Origin: Chthonomonadales bacterium
Lineage (GTDB): Bacteria; Armatimonadota; Chthonomonadetes; Chthonomonadales; CAJBBX01
Length of the DNA stretch: 64,000 nucleotides
Assembly (NCBI GenBank): GCA_049967475.1
Contig: JBMFSQ010000007.1
Location: forward strand, 64,001 to 128,000
Reading direction: 5' to 3'
Under the pieces are notes generated by a model. That model saw only the letters and a list, made by a program, of their open reading frames with translations. It was not told where the DNA came from and searched no databases. Shown piece by piece: positions 59,719-64,000 of the stretch. The first letter of the stretch is position 1; every line of letters starts with the position of its first letter. A program made the translations under genes and the position numbers.

Positions 59719-60498
59719 ATGCCTAATGCTCTACGGCAGTTCACCGTAGATCGGCTTCATGTTCGCGTGTATCCGGACCGGGAGAGCATGGGTGCAGCGG
59801 TCGCGTCCGACGTGGCGTTCGCCCTCAAAACCCTTCAAGAGCATCAGGCGTGGGTGCGCATGGTGTTTGCGGCGGCTCCCTCTCAGAATGAGTTCCTGGC
59901 GGCACTGGCCCGGGAGAAGGGCATCGAATGGCAGAGGGTCGCGGCGTTCCATATGGATGAATATGTGGGACTGCCTCCCGGCTCATCTCAGCTCTTTCGG
60001 AAGTATCTCCGCGCGCATCTCTTCGATAAGGTGCAGCCGGGAGCTGTCCATTATATAGGATTGGGCGCGGATGCCGCAGCCGAGGCCGAGCGCTATGCGG
60101 AGCTGGTGGAAGAGGCCCCTATTGATATCGTTTGCCTCGGCATCGGGGAGAACGGCCACATCGCGTTCAACGATCCTGCTGTCGCTGATTTCTGCGATCC
60201 CTTGACCGCCAAGGTCGTGGATCTGGACGAGGAGTGCCGCGCGCAGCAGGTGCATGACGGCTGCTTTGCCTCGCTGGAGGATGTACCCCGGCAGGCGATT
60301 ACCCTTACAATTCCTGCGCTTATGAGCGGCCGAAGGCTCTTTTGCACGGTTCCGGGGTCGGCGAAGCGCAAGGCGGTGCTTCGGACCTTGCGGGGGCCCA
60401 TCACGACAAGTTGCCCCGCATCCATACTGCGTACGCATCCTGATTGCACGCTCTACCTGGATGCAGCATCGGCTGAGGATGTGACGGGATGCATTTGA
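59719..60498 (+). CDS. nagB: Glucosamine-6-phosphate deaminase family
   Basis: AAGGAGG RBS; 'FHMDEYVGL', 'LGIGENGHIAFNDP', 'CPASILRTH'. Confidence 0.85.
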   Translation: MPNALRQFTVDRLHVRVYPDRESMGAAVASDVAFALKTLQEHQAWVRMVFAAAPSQNEFLAALAREKGIEWQRVAAFHMDEYVGLPPGSSQLFRKYLRAHLFDKVQPGAVHYIGLGADAAAEAERYAELVEEAPIDIVCLGIGENGHIAFNDPAVADFCDPLTAKVVDLDEECRAQQVHDGCFASLEDVPRQAITLTIPALMSGRRLFCTVPGSAKRKAVLRTLRGPITTSCPASILRTHPDCTLYLDAASAEDVTGCI

Positions 60499-61646
60499 CG
60501 GCGCGCCACTACGCTACAGGGCGGCCCGTGCATTTGGAGATCGAGGCCGGCGTAATCTCCGCCATTGAGGAGGTTGCTGCAGCGCCTGAGTACCTTATGT
60601 GGGTTGCGCCGGGGCTGGTAGATCTGCAGGTGAATGGCTTCGGCGGGCACGACTTTACGTGTGCCGGGGACGGAACGACGGCCCATGTGGTGAAGGCGCT
60701 GGTGCAGCGCGGCGTGACTACGATACTCCCGACGGTGATTACCTCGCCTGTTTCGTCCATCCGGCGGGCACTATCGGCGATTGCGGCGGAGTGTCGCGGG
60801 GACGGGATGCTATCCTCTGCTGTGGCGGGCATTCATTTGGAAGGGCCGTTCATTTCTCCGCAGAGCGGTGCCCGGGGCGCACATCCGCGCCGATACGTGC
60901 GTGCTCCGGATTGGGACCTTTACCGGCAGTGGCAGCACGCAGCTTGCGGCATGATCCGGCTGGTGACCCTTGCCCCGGAATGGACCGATGCACCGGCGTT
61001 CATTTGCAAACTGCGCAGGGCCGGTGTCCGTGTGGCAATCGGTCACACGAATGCATCCACGATGCAGATTGCTGCGGCTGTGGATGCCGGAGCCCGCCTC
61101 TCGACGCATCTGGGTAACGGCTGCGCGCCTCTGCTGCCCAGGCATCCGAACATTCTGTGGGATCAACTGGCCGAAGATCGTCTGTGGGCCAGCTTCATTG
61201 CGGATGGCTTCCACCTGCCTGCCGCTGTGGTAAAGAGCATTCTGCGGGTCAAAGGTCGGAGGACGTTTTTGGTGAGCGACGTGAGCCCATTAGCCGGGCT
61301 CGAGCCGGGGCCCTACCAAACTGCTGCCGGTCAGAGGGTGGAACTCACTTCATCGGGGGCGCTGAGGTTGGCATCGGAGAAGCCGCACGCGTCATCAGGG
61401 CTTCTTGCCGGTTCCGCACGGACGCTTCTAGACGGCGTGGAACAACTGATGCGGTGGCGTCTGGCTTCTCTCCATACGGCTTGGGATCTTGCTTCGGTGC
61501 GGCCTGCCCGCTTCCTTCGGTTGCCGCAAGCAGCAGGACTGCGGCCGGGAGCGCCTGCGGACCTGGTTCTGTTCGAACTCGCGGCAACTGGCGTCCGGAT
61601 ACGGCGGGTGTACAAAGCCGGGGTGCCCGTGTGGGAAACATCCTAA
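60489..61646 (+). CDS. nagA: N-acetylglucosamine-6-phosphate deacetylase
   Basis: 'PGLVDLQVNG', 'HLEGPF', 'TLAPE', 'GHT', 'THLGN', 'ADGFH', 'LAGS'. Confidence 0.9.
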   Translation: MHLTARHYATGRPVHLEIEAGVISAIEEVAAAPEYLMWVAPGLVDLQVNGFGGHDFTCAGDGTTAHVVKALVQRGVTTILPTVITSPVSSIRRALSAIAAECRGDGMLSSAVAGIHLEGPFISPQSGARGAHPRRYVRAPDWDLYRQWQHAACGMIRLVTLAPEWTDAPAFICKLRRAGVRVAIGHTNASTMQIAAAVDAGARLSTHLGNGCAPLLPRHPNILWDQLAEDRLWASFIADGFHLPAAVVKSILRVKGRRTFLVSDVSPLAGLEPGPYQTAAGQRVELTSSGALRLASEKPHASSGLLAGSARTLLDGVEQLMRWRLASLHTAWDLASVRPARFLRLPQAAGLRPGAPADLVLFELAATGVRIRRVYKAGVPVWETS

Positions 61647-61663
61647 GGGCACTTGCCGTTACT

Positions 61664-63985
61664 TCAATTCGTGCATCGCACCGGCGAGGCCACCCCAACG
61701 GTTTGTTCCGGCTGGATCATGCTCGGGTCGTCGTGGAAAAGGCGCAGCGAGGCATCGTCGCGCAGGGGACCCGCCGTAAGCGAGAGCGGCTCCATAGGTG
61801 CATCTACATGGAGGATTACGGTGCTGCCATCCAGGGCGGACGACAGGACCCGCCCTTTGGAGATGCGGAATGCGGCAGGCAGCACCGAGGCGGGATCCAG
61901 CCGCTTGTTGCATACAAGCCGTATCGTGTTGCCTTCACGGCGCGCCTGGAGGATAGCCGGCGCATCCGTGTACATATACCCGCCGATGGAGTATTCGTAC
62001 AGGGTTGTGGACGTTACGCCCATTGCCAGGCAGGCATCCTCGAAGGCGTGGATCCAATGCCAACCATGACGGTTCTGCCGCTGCGACCCGATATCTGCCT
62101 GGATCATCATGGGCAACAACGGCGCGACACTCCGCACCGCTTGGATGTAGGGTTCATACTGCGTCACATAGTCGGGAGGCAGGCCGGCGCGCGTCCAGTC
62201 GGGCCAGTGGGTTTGAAAGCAATACAGGTCCGGCCTTACGGTTCGAGCAATAGCTGCCGCATCCTCGCCAGTGTCCTCCTTCACACTGCGCATGCCGTCC
62301 GTTCCTGCAAGGGCTAGGGTCCAAACGCAAACCTTGGCTGCGGGGGTCTTGCGGCGAATGCCTTCGGTTCCGTTGACCAGGTCGTTAAGAAATTGCGTGA
62401 GGGAAGCGCGGCGGAAGGAGAGCCATTCCTGCCAAAGCTTCGGATTGTTCTGGGGCGAGTTGGGTGACTGCGGGTGAAGGATATCCGGCAGGGAGGTCTC
62501 TTCGGGGAACATCCGGTGGAAGGCAGCGCGGCAGTGTTTGCAGAAGCACCCATATGCCGGCGAGGACGGCCCGGGATAATCCGGCCAGTGGGGCTCCATG
62601 AGATCCACCCCCTGGAACGGGTAGGCGGCGAGGATGTGTGTGATCTGCCGCTTCTTCCACGCCCGGTATCCAGGGTTATTGAGGCAGAGGCGTGTGAAGC
62701 CATCCGCAAGAGGGCGCCCTTCCAGATCGCTCCGTGTCACCATGCGCCATTCCTGCCATCCTCGGGGAAGATCCTTCGTGGAATAGGTTCCGTTGATGAA
62801 TGTGGCGTACCACGTGCCCATGCCTTGCCGGTGGAAGGCGTGCAGCAGGGGAAGCGATGCGAAGCTGTCGGCCGTGAGAATGATGTGGACTGTGGAGTAT
62901 CCATTGGCGCGGATCTCATTTGCGATGCTTTGGGCGGAACGGCCTCGGTAATAGGCGAAGGTGGGGTCTATCTCCACGCTGCGTCCGTAGATCGGCAGGA
63001 AGGGTTTGCGAACCACCGCGTTGAGATAGGCAGTGTACAGGGAGCGCTGAGCGGCTCCGCGGAAGGGGCTGAGATAATGAAAGGCATCGAAGGCGGCTAT
63101 GCAAGATACGAAGGGCGCCTCGGCTGCCATCTGCCTCTCAATGCGCCCCACATTCGTGGGAACGAAGCGGTTACCTGAGTTGTGGAAGATCTCCAGGTCG
63201 CTCCAAAGTTCGCAGCCGTTGGCGGTGCAGGCATGGCGCATGGCGGCGAAGTAGGGGACGATGCGGGCTTCCAGATCGCGATCCCAGCCTCGGGCGCCGA
63301 CGCCGTCTTGGAGCATCACCACATCCACGGAGGCGCGGGCAAGCAATTGAGTGTAGAGCGTTTGGAAGCGCTCGGGGGGGAGAATGCTGCTGAAGAATGG
63401 GGCGATGGCCACGGGTTTGCGGCTGGAGAGGGCACGGCAGGCGGAAGCCACATCCGCGAAATAGGCGGCGAGGGCAATGATTTGGTCCTCTTGGGCATGG
63501 ACATCCCACGGCTCCTGGGGGATGTACCATCCGGCGAATGCGGGGGATCGGCCATACCTCTGCCACAAGGATTGGGCCAGGCGGATATTGGTTTGGCGGA
63601 GGCGGGCAAGGTAATCGGGGTCGAGGAGGCTGCGCCACCAGCCCTCATCCTCAGCGAGCCCTAAGAAGACGTGCATGTGGCGGTGCACAGCATAATCGAG
63701 GATGATGCGCGTAGCATCGGGCGCGTGAGGGCTTTGGGGAAGAAAAGAGGTCGAGCCGGCTTGGAGGCGCTGAAGGATGATTGTTCGGATGCCGGCGCGG
63801 TACAGTGCGTCCAGCTCGCGGTGCCATTGTTGGGGGGTCAACCCCATCATCCAGGTTTGATACTGGATGAAGGTAGCTTCGATACGGAGCCCCGCGCCTC
63901 TCTTTGACTGAGCCGATGCGGCGCTGGAGATGGTCGCGGCGAGGAGGAGCCCTGCGGCGGCGGACACGCAGAGTAGATGGCGCAT
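61664..63985 (-). CDS. Secreted multidomain protein: DUF4434-like TIM barrel plus a second GH-like barrel
   Basis: Signal peptide; 'TFIQ...W..EL......GI.TIILQ', 'FAGWYIPQE', 'MLQDGVG'; second barrel 'YPFQGVDLMEP...CFC..C...F'. Confidence 0.7.
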   Translation of the reverse strand: MRHLLCVSAAAGLLLAATISSAASAQSKRGAGLRIEATFIQYQTWMMGLTPQQWHRELDALYRAGIRTIILQRLQAGSTSFLPQSPHAPDATRIILDYAVHRHMHVFLGLAEDEGWWRSLLDPDYLARLRQTNIRLAQSLWQRYGRSPAFAGWYIPQEPWDVHAQEDQIIALAAYFADVASACRALSSRKPVAIAPFFSSILPPERFQTLYTQLLARASVDVVMLQDGVGARGWDRDLEARIVPYFAAMRHACTANGCELWSDLEIFHNSGNRFVPTNVGRIERQMAAEAPFVSCIAAFDAFHYLSPFRGAAQRSLYTAYLNAVVRKPFLPIYGRSVEIDPTFAYYRGRSAQSIANEIRANGYSTVHIILTADSFASLPLLHAFHRQGMGTWYATFINGTYSTKDLPRGWQEWRMVTRSDLEGRPLADGFTRLCLNNPGYRAWKKRQITHILAAYPFQGVDLMEPHWPDYPGPSSPAYGCFCKHCRAAFHRMFPEETSLPDILHPQSPNSPQNNPKLWQEWLSFRRASLTQFLNDLVNGTEGIRRKTPAAKVCVWTLALAGTDGMRSVKEDTGEDAAAIARTVRPDLYCFQTHWPDWTRAGLPPDYVTQYEPYIQAVRSVAPLLPMMIQADIGSQRQNRHGWHWIHAFEDACLAMGVTSTTLYEYSIGGYMYTDAPAILQARREGNTIRLVCNKRLDPASVLPAAFRISKGRVLSSALDGSTVILHVDAPMEPLSLTAGPLRDDASLRLFHDDPSMIQPEQTVGVASPVRCTN

Positions 63986-64000
63986 CGCAGGCTCCCAGGA

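Overview
Bacterial chromosomal DNA, GC-rich by eye. The gene content (H-X9-DG-type prepilin, PEP-CTERM-like protein, two DUF1080 proteins, URO-D-family gene among glycosidases) suggests Armatimonadota or a similar lineage; this is inference. From left to right: (1) the 3' part of a giant beta-propeller surface protein, then a type IV pilus/T2SS-like pilM-N-O-P operon with a barrel-less secretin N-domain paralog and a PilQ/GspD secretin; (2) aroC-aroK-aroB, an atypical PASTA Ser/Thr kinase and rpe; (3) a riboflavin cluster (ribD ... ribE-ribBA-ribH) interrupted by msrB, a CHY zinc finger and DUF1080; (4) htrA, a PHP phosphatase, a Clp1-family polynucleotide kinase with a histidine phosphatase, and GNAT/M48/GT2 genes; (5) a GH42-like protein with disordered Arg-rich termini, tRNA-Met(CAT), tRNA-Arg(TCG), a catalytically degenerate ALDH and a GT4/GT-C/deacetylase operon; (6) a large carbohydrate-utilisation region that also holds rtcB and nagB/nagA. 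The most striking signal is that every component of the pilus machine carries a compartment-specific low-complexity segment: acidic Phe-Asp motifs in PilM, Gly/Met-rich tracts in PilN/O/P, and nucleoporin-like Gly-Phe repeats in the secretin and its truncated paralog. I saw no CRISPR array, rRNA, transposase or integrase. All family assignments come from motif recognition by eye, not database searches.
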